DNA from: Azolla caroliniana
Lineage: Eukaryota > Plantae > Polypodiophyta
Assembly (NCBI GenBank): GCA_043228905.1
Contig: JBHGNT010000002.1
Span: forward strand, 14,880,001 to 14,944,000
DNA: 64,000 nucleotides
Direction: 5' to 3'
The stretch's first letter is position 1. Each line of letters opens with the position of its first letter. The notes beneath the pieces are model-generated. The model was not told where the DNA came from and did not search any database. It was given only the letters and a program-made list of their open reading frames with translations. Position numbers and translations under genes: made by a program. This document shows positions 12,265 through 24,400 of the stretch, piece after piece.

Positions 12265-12884
12265 TGCCGTGCCTTTTGGCGCCGGATCGTTGCCTGAGTC
12301 AGGTGGAAACCGCTGAGGTTATGGACTAGGAGGAGGAGAATTTTAAGGTTAATAGGAATATGAATAGATTGAAAGAGAAAAGATAGAAAACTTATGAATC
12401 CCACAAGTATAATGTATTATATTAATCACTCCTAGAACCTAATAATAGATTGGAATAGATTGATTGAAAGCTCATGAAGCCCACGAGTATAGTTTATTAG
12501 ATTGTTAATATTTAGAACATTAATATTACCCGTATAGGTGTACGTGAGGCTTAAGGTGTAATGTGTATGGTGTGTAATGTGTAATGTGTAATATGAATGA
12601 GTGTGTGAGGATGAGTATGTGTATGAACACATGCACATTTTTGTGCATGTGTACAAAGGTGAGAAAGTGGGTAAGTAATGTAACTCCCTACTTGTCTCAT
12701 TCTTTATTTGTAACGGTTACCTCTTGTACTATATAAACCCCTTATGGGGATGTAAGCGACATGGATTTTTCCCCTCTCATTTTGGTGTGTTTCTTTGTTT
12801 CACTCTCCTTCGCTCTCTCTCTATCGTAACCCCCTTGGGGGGGGGCTGGAGCCATTCTATGGTTCACCCCCCCACCCATTAACA
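12265..12884 (+). repeat. Gypsy-type LTR (homologous to the 51625-52515 solo LTR) with putative PBS
   Basis: tgccgtgccttttggcgccggatcgttgc matches the reverse complement of 52440-52515. Ends ttaaca, then c-tggcacgc. Confidence 0.55.
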
Positions 12885-13429
12885 CTGGCACGCTTGAACG
12901 GCCGACCCTCCCTTGAGAAGAAGCCAGTCCCTCCCTCCCTCACTCTCCATCTCCATCACTGATCTCTCACTGTCCCTCTCAGTGAGTGTGGTTGGTGTGT
13001 GAGAGTAGGTCTGCGATGGAGATCTCAACACTACCCCATTGACAAGAAGTTCAGTTATGTCATCAAGTCTTACTGTTGTTTGAAGTGCGTCTGAAGAATC
13101 TAGGCCAGGTCGAGAGTTTATGAACGAAAAGGTGTAATTTTGAAGCTTGGAAATTCTTGCACCAGTGTCTTCTCTGAGTCTTTCCATTGGTGCACGGGGA
13201 CATAAGCATATTCCTCAAAGGTTCCATCAGTCAGACGCTCATGCATCAGCAACAAATTACGGAGAGGGAGGCAGTCTCTAACCAGGTCAATGGAATCATC
13301 ATGTAACCATCTTTGAAAGATGGAGCTATTCGAAGCAGAGACAATATGTATGGATCCGAGAAGACATGAACATCCATGTGGAAGGGTACCGTGTGTACAG
13401 AGAAGGCGATTCTTCATTGAGATCAGAGC

Positions 13430-13545
13430 TTATGAGTAGTAGTGAAGTTGTAGAAGCCTACAACGTTAGCACAGGGCATAATGGATCTGTTTTCTGTTAT
13501 GGAGATACATGCACAAGGAAGACACACACTATGCTTGGAACCAGG
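13430..13545 (+). pseudogene. Kinesin motor-domain fragment (kinesin-8-like P-loop)
   Basis: EVVEA...GHNGSVFCYGDTCTRKTHTMLGT resembles the plant kinesin-8 motif GRNGSVFCYGATGAGKTYTMLGT. Confidence 0.65.
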
Positions 13546-13659
13546 GATTGGCAATGGCTCAACTCAAGCCTAAACCCTTTGTCTTAGACGGCTTTAAACG
13601 GCTTAGCGGCTCAGCTCGGCTTGAGTATCACCAAACCGTTTCAAGCCGTTTAGAAACTT

Positions 13660-13969
13660 TAGAGAGAGAGTGAGAGAGAGGGAGGGAGACAACAGACAAG
13701 AGGAAAGAGAGAGAGAGAGGGAGAGGGAGACTAAACAGACGATGGGAAAGAGACAGTGAGTGCGGGAGAACTACAATGCTCATTCGATTGTCTGACACTA
13801 ACTACGAGACTATTAACTACCTAGCAGTCTAGGCTACTACTAGGTTTCCGATTACTGTTGGATCCGGCTGACCGACTCCCCAGCTCACCGGCTCACTTGC
13901 TCACCAGTTCACCGATCCGGCTCAGGCTTACTCAGCTGATCCGGATCTAGTTGAGCTTTCCGCTCAACA
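13660..13969 (-). repeat. Partial copia-type LTR
   Basis: Ends gttgagctttccgctcaaca like the 14202-family LTRs; has (GA)n and aatgctcatt...cactaact motifs. Confidence 0.55.
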
Positions 13970-14201
13970 CTTGACTACATCAACTTGTGGGTTGATGATC
14001 CACTTAGATCCATCATAAGCAAGGACCCTTATTTTAGAGAATGTGGCATATTGCAAGATCTCTGGATGTATCGTTCCTCTACATATAATGCCATCTTCCT
14101 CCACATCATAGTCTTGAAAGTGTCCACAAGGAAAATGTCCCCCCCAACACTTGAAGCCTCATAAATGTCCCTTTCCACTTGGCAAAATTAAAGGACCATA
14201 C

Positions 14202-17200
14202 TGTAGAAAGTAGCGTGCGGAAGCAGGTATGAAGACCGAACAGAAGGAAGGAAACTTAGGTTCAATGGAGAGCTTGGGCTTACACGGTATACGCGGGAGA
14301 GACAGAGAGAGAGAGAATGCAGAAAACTATATTCAATAATAATACTCAGTCTGTACATAAGACGTGCTTAAGTGAACACTTTTATACAAGTCCTAGAAGG
14401 ACTGACCGAAGTACTGACAGTACTTCAATGCTCATTAAGAGCTCCTACACTAACTCCCAAACATATTCCTCACGGAATATCTTTCCTAACGGCCTCCCGG
14501 TTTACGCACTCGGCCTAACCGATCGAGTCCTCGGCTTCTTCAGCCGATCCGGCCGATGTTGAGCTTGTCTCTCAACACTCCCCCTCAAGCTCAACTTGAG
14601 GCTCTTTGGGATCTTCACAGCGCCGGTTCCTCCTGGCTTCTCGCCTTGCTCGCGCTCCTCGACCTGTTCAACTACGCGCGCTTTGACCCTTCCGGTCTGC
14701 TTGTCTGCTCATGCGGCCTTTATCAACTCTTTTGCTATTGCGGTGTCGACACTTGTTCTGCGGCCTTTTCTTCCGCTTGGGCCTCGGTTGATTCAACATG
14801 TCTGAATCAAACATCCGAACCGACTCTGCTACCTCCGATTGGTTTTCGCTCTCGTCCGAGTTGGCTGTCTCCAACTCGTCTTCAGTCTTCTCACCCTCGA
14901 TGGCGTCGTCTCCCCTATGCGTGGTTGGCTTCGGCTCTCTCTTTCGGCTGCTCCCCTTCTGTCCGCTTCCGAACTTTTCCGCGGGTCCACCCTCGGCTTC
15001 TTCAGCCAATCCGAAGTCGTCAACCGACTCAATGTCATGGTCTCCGCTCCTTTCCTGCTGCCTTGCTTGGTCGTTCGGGACTGTTCTCCCCCTCAAGTTT
15101 GGCACGTCGAGGTGACGCAATCTGAGTGCACCGGAGAATTGCCGCAACTTGTCCAGACCAAGGGGCTTAGTGAAGATGTCGGCAGTCTGCCGATCCGTTG
15201 GAATGTATTGAAGTTCGACTTCACCGGAAAGGACACGCTCACGGATGAAATGGTAGTGCACCTCAATGTGCTTGGTCCGTGCGTGGAAGACGGGGTTCTT
15301 CGCGAGCTGGATGCTGTTGAGGTTGTCGTAGTAGATCGTCGTCGGATCTAACACCTCCACCTGCAGGTCCTTAAGTAGCCGCTTCAACCATATGGCTTCG
15401 CATGTCACGACAGCCGCTCCTCGGTACTCAGTTTCGGTGCTCGACAGTGCAACTGTCGGCTGCTTCTTACTGCTCCACGCGATCGCGGCACTCCCGAGGG
15501 AGAACGCGTATCCAGACGTGGATCGGCGATCGGCGGCGTTGCCAGCCCAATCAGCATCGGAGTAGCCGACTAATTGCGCGGCTGCATCGGTCCGATATAG
15601 CAGTCCTCGGTCCTTAGTGCCGTTGACATACCGAAGTATGCGTTGCGCACACTGAAGGTGCTCCTCGGTAGGTCGCGCCATGAACTCACTGATCACTCCG
15701 AACGGATAACTGAGGTCGGGTCGGGTGATGGTCAAGTATATGAGGCTTCCGACAATTTGTCGAAACCTCGTTGGGTCGCATACCTTTCCCGTATCGGGAC
15801 GAAGCTTGACGGTTCTGTCTAGAGGAGTCGAGACGGACTTACAGTCGGCCATCCCGAGTTTCAAGAGCATACTCAGCACGTAATGACGTTGGCTGATCAA
15901 TATGCCTTCGGGGGTACGGATCACTTCGATCCCGAGGAAGTAATGAAGGTCCCCCAGATCCTTCATGTCGAACGATGCCGCAAGTTGGACCTTCACGTGG
16001 TCGATTTCACCGAGGTCGGCGCCGGTGATGACCAAGTCATCAACATATAGTAAAATACTAACCGGTCCGAGTCGACCTTTCCGGATGAACAGGGAAGAGT
16101 CCGATTTTGACGTGACGAAGCCCAACTGACACAGTTGTTGCGTGATCTTCGCGTTCCAGGCATGCGGGGCTTGCTTCAGTCCGTAAAGGGACTTCTTCAA
16201 GCGGCATACGGCCGAGGAGTTCGTTCCGGAGTGAAATCCAGGGGGCTGTACCATGTACACCTGTTCCTCAAGGTCACCTTGCAGGAACGCATTCTTTACA
16301 TCCATTTGATGTAGGTGCCACCCCTTCGCCGCAGCTACTACGAGCAAAACACGGACGGTCGTCATTTTCGCGACCAATGCAAACGTCTCATCGTAGTCGA
16401 TGCCGTGTTTCTGCACGTAGCCCTTTGCCACTAGCCGAGCCTTGTACCGGTTGACTGAGCCATCGGTGTTGTACTTGACTTTGTACACCCATCTACACCC
16501 AATCGGCTTCACACCCTTTGGTGCATCAATCAGGTCCCAGGTCTCGTTCTCCGCCAATGCGTGCATCTCTTCCTCCATCGCGGCACGCCAATTCGCGTCC
16601 TTCGCCGCTTCTGCGTAGCTCTCCGGTTCACGCACTTCCGCTATACGGGTCATGTACGCATAATGATGCGCCATGTACTCGTTGTATCCGAACCGCAAAA
16701 CAGGATTCTTCTGGCGGGTAGATCGGCGTAATCTCTCATTAGCCGATGTCAAGGCCTTCTCGGTCGACGCGGTCTTCACCTTTAAAGACTTGTCACCGGT
16801 TCCCTCAGAGTCGGACTCGCGTCGGTCTGACTCGTTCCTTTCCATGCCGGAATCCGACACCCTCTTCTTCCCTTTCTCTTTGCGCGTAAGCCGTCTCCTC
16901 GGCTTCCTGCGCGGGGAATGCACGGCCGAGTCTCCACTACTCGTCGGCTCTTCATCGGACTGGTCGTACCGACTCAGTCGTCCAATCGGTCCACTTAATC
17001 GGAGTGAAATCGGACTCTCTTCGCGGGTCTTGATTTCAGGCTTATCCGGAGGCATCTCGGCCTCGCTGACCTCATCGTCAGAGCTCGGATTGGAGTTGGG
17101 GTTCGGAGTCGGAGGCTGGTACCAGGACGCGGGCTCGTCAAACACAACGTCGCGGCTGACACGCGCTTGTTTGGTGCGAGGGTTATAGCACTTATAACCC

Positions 17201-19827
17201 TTCTGCTCGTCCGAGTAACCAACCAAGATGTATTTCTCGGCCTTTGCGTCCAGCTTCCTCCTTTTCTCCTTCGGTACATGCACATACGCAATGCTACCGA
17301 ACACCCTCAAGTGTCGCAAGTTCAGCTTCGTTCCGAAATATAGCTCGTGCACTGACACTTTGTCTCTGATCCGGTTCTGGATGTATACCGCGGTCCTTAC
17401 TGCCTCGGCCCAATAGAACTTGGGCAAGCTCTTCTCCTCCAGCATTGCCCGTGCCCCTTCCACAACTGACTGATTCTTTCTCTCGGACACGCCGTTCTGC
17501 TCTGGCGTGTATCTACAACTGAATTCGCGCCGAATTCCCATTTGTTGTAGATAACCGTTGAATTGACCGGAAAAGTACTCTTTCCCACCATCCGACTGCA
17601 GACACTTGATCTTTTGTCCCGTTTCCGTTTCCACGAACCCTTTGAGGTCCCGGAAACAGTTGAAGACTTCGCTCTTCCTCTCAATGAGGTAGATCCACGT
17701 GTGCCGCGTGTGGTCGTCGATGAAGGAGACGAAATATCGGCTCCCGCCAAGACTAACGTTTTGTGCCGGCCCCCATACATCGGAGTGTATAAGGTCGAGC
17801 TTATTCCGGCTCCGATTTCGCTCGTTTGGGAAAGGAAGTCGGTGTTGCTTCCCGAGCTGGCAGGCTTCACAAATTTGTGCCTTTCGGCCACTAAATTTGG
17901 GCAATCCGAATACTACCTGTTTCGATTGCAGATCTTGAAGCCATTGGTGGTTGACGTGGCCTATCCGCTTGTGCCACAAGTCGATGTCTGACTCGGTCTT
18001 TTGTCCCTTTGCGAACATTGCGGTGCCGCCGTCAGTGGAGTCGAGGATGAACATCCTCCCGTCTCTGCGCCCTTGCGCAATCACACGGCCTTCTTCCTCA
18101 ATGAAGCACCCGAGGTGTGTAAACCAAATCTTCATCCCTTGGTCGACGATCTGTCCGACCGAGACCAAGTTTTTCGTGATTGTCGGAACGTGCAACACGT
18201 TCATGAGTTTCCCTTTCTGCCCGACATGGCTAAGGGGAACTTCTCCGACATTCGCGATCGGATGCGGAGTGTCGTCTCCTGTTGCGACTACTCCAGGTTG
18301 TATCGGTTTTTCAAGGTACAAGAACCACTCCTTATGGCTCGTCATGTGGTTTGACGCGCCGGAGTCTACGTACCACACCTCGTCCGATCTCGGGGTGCTC
18401 TGTTTCATTGAGTTTGCTTCGTGTCTCATCACGAAGGCAGTCCCTTCTCCAATTCTCCCGGAGTCTTTGGCGTAGTGCGATCGCTGCCGATTTCCCTTGT
18501 CGGTATGTCTAGAGCCGCTCCCGGAACCAGTTCTTTCCGAATCGGCGCGCTTCTTCCAGCACTCACTTTCCCTGTGGCCTTTCTTGCCACAGTACCAACA
18601 CTCCGCGATGGCCTTCCCTTGCCAGTTCTCATCGCTTCGACTCCCGGAGCTGTCGGCATCACTTCGGTGCCTTCTTCCTTGATCTCGTCGGCCACCTCCA
18701 TTGCGCGCCGACTCGCCTCGTCCTCCACATCCACGGCGCCTATCTCCCTCCGTGCACAACATTCTGCTGTCGGTGTGCGTGCTTGTAGACGCACCCGCGT
18801 GGTTCTCCTCTACCAGGAGCATCGATTGTAAGTCGAAAAAGGACGACGTATTCTCCCGGGTATACACAGCCGTTCGGAACGCTCCGAACTTCGACGCTAA
18901 ACCTCCGACACAGATCTGGACCATCTCGCTCTCCTCGATGTTCACCTCTATCGAGGCGAGGGAGTCGCAAATATCCTTGATCTTAGAGGTATAGTCCGCC
19001 ACCGACAAATCGCGTTGTCGTAGGTTGCTCAACTCCTGTCGAAGCTAAAGCTTCCTGGCTGTGGTGCTCGCGGCGAAAATCTTCTTCAGATTTTCCCACG
19101 CACCCTTCGACGTCTTTGCATCCCGAACATAGCTCAATAGTTGTTCGCCCACACACGACGCGAAGCAGTATAATACCCTGCTCGCCGATTGCTCCCACGA
19201 CGGGAAGTCTCTGAGTGTTGATTCGGGTGCCGCATCATTAGCTCCTTCGACATAACTCCAGTAGCCGTGTCTGAGCAGGTACTGGTGCATCTTGTAGGAC
19301 CAAGACGCGTAGTTGGTTCTGTCGAGCTTCTCTGATGGAAGCGAGCTCGCCATGCCTCTATCCATCGTTCTTCTTGTTCTTCTTTGTCAAGTTGTGTCGA
19401 CTGGAGAGAGGTTCTCAATCCTTGCACTCTGATACCATGTAGAAAGTAGCGTGCGGAAGCAGGTATGAAGACCGAACAGAAGGAAGGAAACTTAGGTTCA
19501 ATGGAGAGCTTGGGCTTACACGGTATACGCGGGAGAGATAGAGAGAGAGAGAATGCAGAAAACTATATTCAATAATAATACTCAGTCTGTACATAAGACG
19601 TGCTTAAGTGAACACTTTTATACAAGTCCTAGAAGGACTGACCGAAGTACTGACAGTACTTCAATGCTCATTAAGAGCTCCTACACTAACTCCCAAACAT
19701 ATTCCTCACGGAATATCTTTCCTAACGGCCTCCCGGTTTACGCACTCGGCCTAACCGATCGGTCCCAACCGATCCAGTCCTCGGCTTCTTCAGCCGATCC
19801 GGTCGATGTTGAGCTTGTCTCTCAACA
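14202..19827 (-). mobile_element. Young, nearly intact Ty1/copia element
   Basis: LTRs 14202-14577 and 19438-19827 differ by about 3 substitutions and one 14-bp indel. TSD CATAC. PBS tggtatcagag at 19437-19427. PPT agggggag. Confidence 0.97.
14668..19365 (-). CDS. copia gag-pol polyprotein with one premature TAG at ~19045
   Basis: ORFs 19045..19365 and 14668..19032 are in frame. CWYCGKKGH knuckle, VDSGAS, HHCC, integrase, YVDD, YSDADWAG, ADIFTK. Confidence 0.93.
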
Positions 19828-20030
19828 CATACCGTAGAGGCTGAGTGCCCCAAAACCGACTTCACCTGGTCCCAGATAATCCAGCCCTCTCTCAAGGAAG
19901 AAATTTTTTTTGACATGTCATCTATATGTAAAGTATGAAAGGATTTCCATGTATCAACAGACGATGTTGACCCTGCATCGAGCTTGGCCCAATCCAATCT
20001 CGTACGGGACCCCGACATGAGCCCTAACGG

Positions 20031-21301
20031 TGTCGCGAAAATACGACGAGGATACGTAAACTTGAGGCAGGACCCCGGGGCCTTTGACCAGAAGATATCA
20101 GATTCGTATGCTTATATTTAACAATTAATGGAAAATGAGAAAGATTCACAAATTTCATTAATAAATAGAAAAGAAAAATTACAATCAATCCCAACATTGG
20201 GATTACAAAAGTTTGCTAATGGAGATGGCTAGAGTAATAGATTAGAAGAAATGAGATATGGATTTAATTAGAATATTAGGGTTTTTAGCTTCAATTCGAA
20301 AATTAGGGTTTTTGAGTTGTATGACTTTAAATTGGAAATTAGGGTTTATGACTTTCGTAAGGAAATTTAGGGTTCTTGGCTTCGATAAGATAAGAGAGCT
20401 CCCAAAGAAAAGAAAAAAAATTAAGATAATACGGAGAGAGCATGAGTGTAGGGAAAAAAAAATGGAATTTTATATGGAGTTTTCCCTTGATCATCTGCAT
20501 GTCCACTTTTTGTTGCATGGCCTCTACTTTTAGTTGCTTAGCTTTTTCTTTTAGTTGCATGGCTTTTTCTTTTAGTTGCATGCGACCGTCCAGATGACCT
20601 TTACTTTTTGCATGCACTCCAACTTTAGTTGCTTGCATCCACATGGCCTTTACTTTAGTTCTCTTCACTTTACTTTAGTTTGTTGCATGATCCAATCTTC
20701 TGTCCGTCCACGTCCAACCTCGTCTGGTAGCCGGATCCGCCCAATCGCCGAATCCCTCGTCGGCTGGTTCCATTTTGCTTGCCGGTTCCAGTTCCGATTT
20801 TGCTTGCCGATCAATTCCGGTTTGATTACCGACTGGCTTCCGGTTTGCATACTGGCCGGTTTCCAGATTTGCTTACCAGTCGGTTTCAGATTTGCATACC
20901 GGCGGTTTTCAGATTTGCATACCGACCGGTTTTCGGATTTGCTTATCGGCCGGTTTCCAGATTTGCTTACCGGCCGGTTTCCGATTTTTGGGAACTTGGC
21001 CACCATCATCCATCAAGACAAAGTGGCCAAAGTGCTCTTAGCACAAATAAAAAATGAGGGAGCTCAAGGTGCTTATATAGCCAGGGCCTTAAGTTTCCTA
21101 TCTATGTGGGATAGTTCTAATTTCCCTATCTTCTCAAACTTCATTTTCACATAACTTGATATGTATTTCTCCATTTTGTATATAGTAAAATACATTTTGA
21201 AGCTCTTGAGTATATCCATATTTCTATAGTAAGCTACTAATCTAATCTAAAATACTTATTTCATATTTTTTTTTACATAGTGTGTGAAGATTCACACGAC
21301 A
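20031..21301. mobile_element. Solo LTR-like insertion with internal 21-24 bp tandem repeats
   Basis: tgtcgcga...cacgaca termini. The LINE sequence (compare 38410-38430) resumes exactly after it. Degenerate 4-bp TSD acgg/acaa. Confidence 0.7.
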
Positions 21302-21428
21302 ACAACAAACTCATATTCGGATTCCACACTAAGTATTGTCTCAAGTATTCCTCCTCACATATTGGTACACCATGTCCCCACCCTTTATGTACATGCTCCC
21401 AAGCTCTTAGCACATGATTGGCAACTAT

Positions 21429-24400
21429 TGTTAAGAAAACGTGAAGAAGGCCCTCGGGCTCTTCTTATGTGCGCGGCGGATCGTGGTGTGCTAGATCGTT
21501 TAGTGCTCAAACACAGAAGGGAAGGGGGAAGGAGACTTACCTTTGTAGCAGCCAAAACTTCTTCTATTTCATTATACGTGGAGCTCTACTTGCTCTCGTC
21601 TGTCTCTCGCTTTTGCTCTCACTCTCAGAGTTCTTTCTCTCTATCTTCACTCTCTCTCTCGGAGTTCTACTTCCTATGTTTTTTTCTTTTACTTACCTAC
21701 TCTCTTACTTTCTACCTAAGTAATAAGTTACTTACGTATGCAACTAATTAGCTGCCTATAGCTAATTAGCTGTCAGTCGCTAAATAGCTGTCAGTAGCTA
21801 ATTAGCTGTCAGTCACTAAATAGCTGTCAGTAGCTAATTAGCTATTTCTCCTTTACGTTCACAAGTAGCTAAATAGCTACTATAGCTTATTTTCCAATAA
21901 GCATCACATACCATGTTGAGCTTGCTTCTCAACACTCCCCCTCAAGCTCAACTTATCCTTTCTTGGGGTTATCTACAACTTCTTTTCCATGATGCTTTTC
22001 AGCCATCATATCAATGTCTACAACTCCCATCATGTTCCGAAACTGTGTATGCTTTTCCACACTCAATCCCTTTGTGAGAATATCAGCAACCTGCTGATTT
22101 GTATTCACATACACCAGATCAACTTCTCCTTCAATCACTTTTTCTCTAACAAAGTGATAATGCACTTCAATGTGCTTTGTTCTTGCATGGAACACTGGGT
22201 TCTTTGCAAGCTGAATACTGCTCATGTTGTCACAGCAGATTGTGACAGTACCGTCTATATACTCTCCCAAATCAGCAAGCAATCTTCTGATCCATACCTC
22301 TTCACAAGTGGCTATGGCAGCTCCTCTGTACTCAGCTTCAGTACTAGACAATGCAATAGTAGCCTGTTTCTTGCTACTCCATGAAATACCTGCACTTCCT
22401 AATGTAAAGATATATCCACTTGTGGATCCTCTATCTATTTGGCTTCCAGCCCAATCAACATCTGTATATCCTTCCAAATTTATGTCCAAATCAGCCCTGT
22501 AAAACAATCCATAGTTCTGAGTAGCTTTTACATACCTCAGAATTCTTCTGATGCAGTCCAAATGCGGCTTTGTTGGCTGTTGCATAAATTGGCTGACTAA
22601 TCCAACTGCATAACTCAAATCAGGTCTTGTTATGGTCAAATAAATAAGGTTGCCCACCATAGACCTGTACATGTTTACATCTTCTATTTTGGCTCCCAAA
22701 TCAGCCCTCAATTTGCAGTTTTTATCTAGTGGCACTCCAATAGGTTTGCATCCAAGCATACCATACTTTTTCAACACAGTTGTTGCATATTGTCTTTGCA
22801 ACATACATATACCACTTTCAGATCAGATGATTTCAATACCCAAAAAATATCTTAGATCTCCCAAATCTTTCATATGAAATTTCATTTCCAAATTTCTTTT
22901 CAGCTTACTTATCTCATCCATGAAATCACCTCCAATTATGAGATCATCAACATAAATCAGAATCACAACAATACAATCATCTTCCCTTTTAACATACAAT
23001 GATGAATCAGCCTTTGACATTTTGAAGTCAAGTTTTTTCAGATAATCTAAAAGTTCTTTGTGCCATGCTCTTGGTGCCTGTTTCAGTCCATAGAGACCCT
23101 TTTTCAGCTTACATACATAATCTGGATGCTTCCTATCTTCAAAACCTGGTGGTTGACACATATACACTTCTTCTTCCAAGTTACCATGTAAAAAGGCATT
23201 TTTTACATCCATATGATGAAGAAACCATCTTCTGGCTGCACCTACAGCCAGTAATGTCCTCAATGTTGCCATCTTTGCAACCGGTGCAAATGTCTCATCA
23301 TAATCAATTCCTTGCATTTGGGCATATCCCTTTGCAACCAATCTTGCTTTATGTCTACTTACATTCCCACTGGAATCATGCTTTGTCTTGTAGACCCATT
23401 TGCAACCTACCACATTTTTTCCTTTTGGTAACTTCACCAAATCCCATGTTCTGTTTTCAGCCAATGCATCAATCTCTTCTTGCATTGCATCCACCCATTT
23501 CTTCTCATTTTTAGCCTCATCAAAACTACTTGGATTAGGGATCTGTACCACCTTAGACATATATGCATAATGCATAGCCATATATGTATCATAACCAAAT
23601 CTTTCAACAGTTTTTTTCTCTCTATCTGATCTTCTCAGTTTCTGATTTGCATCCTTCAATGCTTTTTCCATACCAGGGATTTTCAATCCTCTTATGCCAA
23701 GAAGATCATCCAATGACACATCTGAATCCTCATCTTCCATGTTTTTAGACAAGTCATCCAACATTTCATACTCTGGCATTTTCTATTTTCCTTTTTTATC
23801 ATCACATTTTTTGTGTCCTCCACTTTTTCCACTCCAAGAATTCAAATCAGATTTACCATCTGAACTTTTTGATGGTCCAGAACATTCTGTTGATGTTGGA
23901 CTTTGCTGTCCAACCTTGCTTCCATCTCTGTGGCAGTCTTCTACATTTTCAGATTTGTCTTTGTCTTCAATCTCATTGTCTTCATCAGTCTCTGGATTCT
24001 GTTTTGGACTATACCAGCTGGCTAACTCATCAAAGATTACATCCCTACTTGTCACAATCTTCTTTGTTACAGGGTTATAGCATCGATGCCCTTTTTGTTC
24101 TTCTGAATAGCCAACAAAAATACATTTTTCTGCTTTTGGATCCAGCTTACTTCTTACTTCTGTGGGCACATGTACATATGCAAGGCATCCAAACACTTTT
24201 AAGTGTTCTAAACTAGGTTTCCTTCCATAGAAACACTCTTCAGGAGTTGCTTCATGTACTCCTGATGTTATACATCTATTTAGAATATAATTTGCTGTAT
24301 TTACAGCTTCTGCCCAATAGTACAATGGCATATTCTTCTCTGTCATCAAAGTCCTTGCAATGTTCACCAGTGTTCTGTTTTTCCTCTCAGCAACTCCATT

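Noticed and set aside
14556-18994. Numerous plus-strand ORFs over the copia pol
   Set aside because: Antisense shadow ORFs caused by GC-rich codon usage.
19040-19050. Programmed stop-codon readthrough between gag and pol
   Set aside because: The TAG lies early in gag and the homologue at ~54290 has CAG, so it is simple C>T decay.
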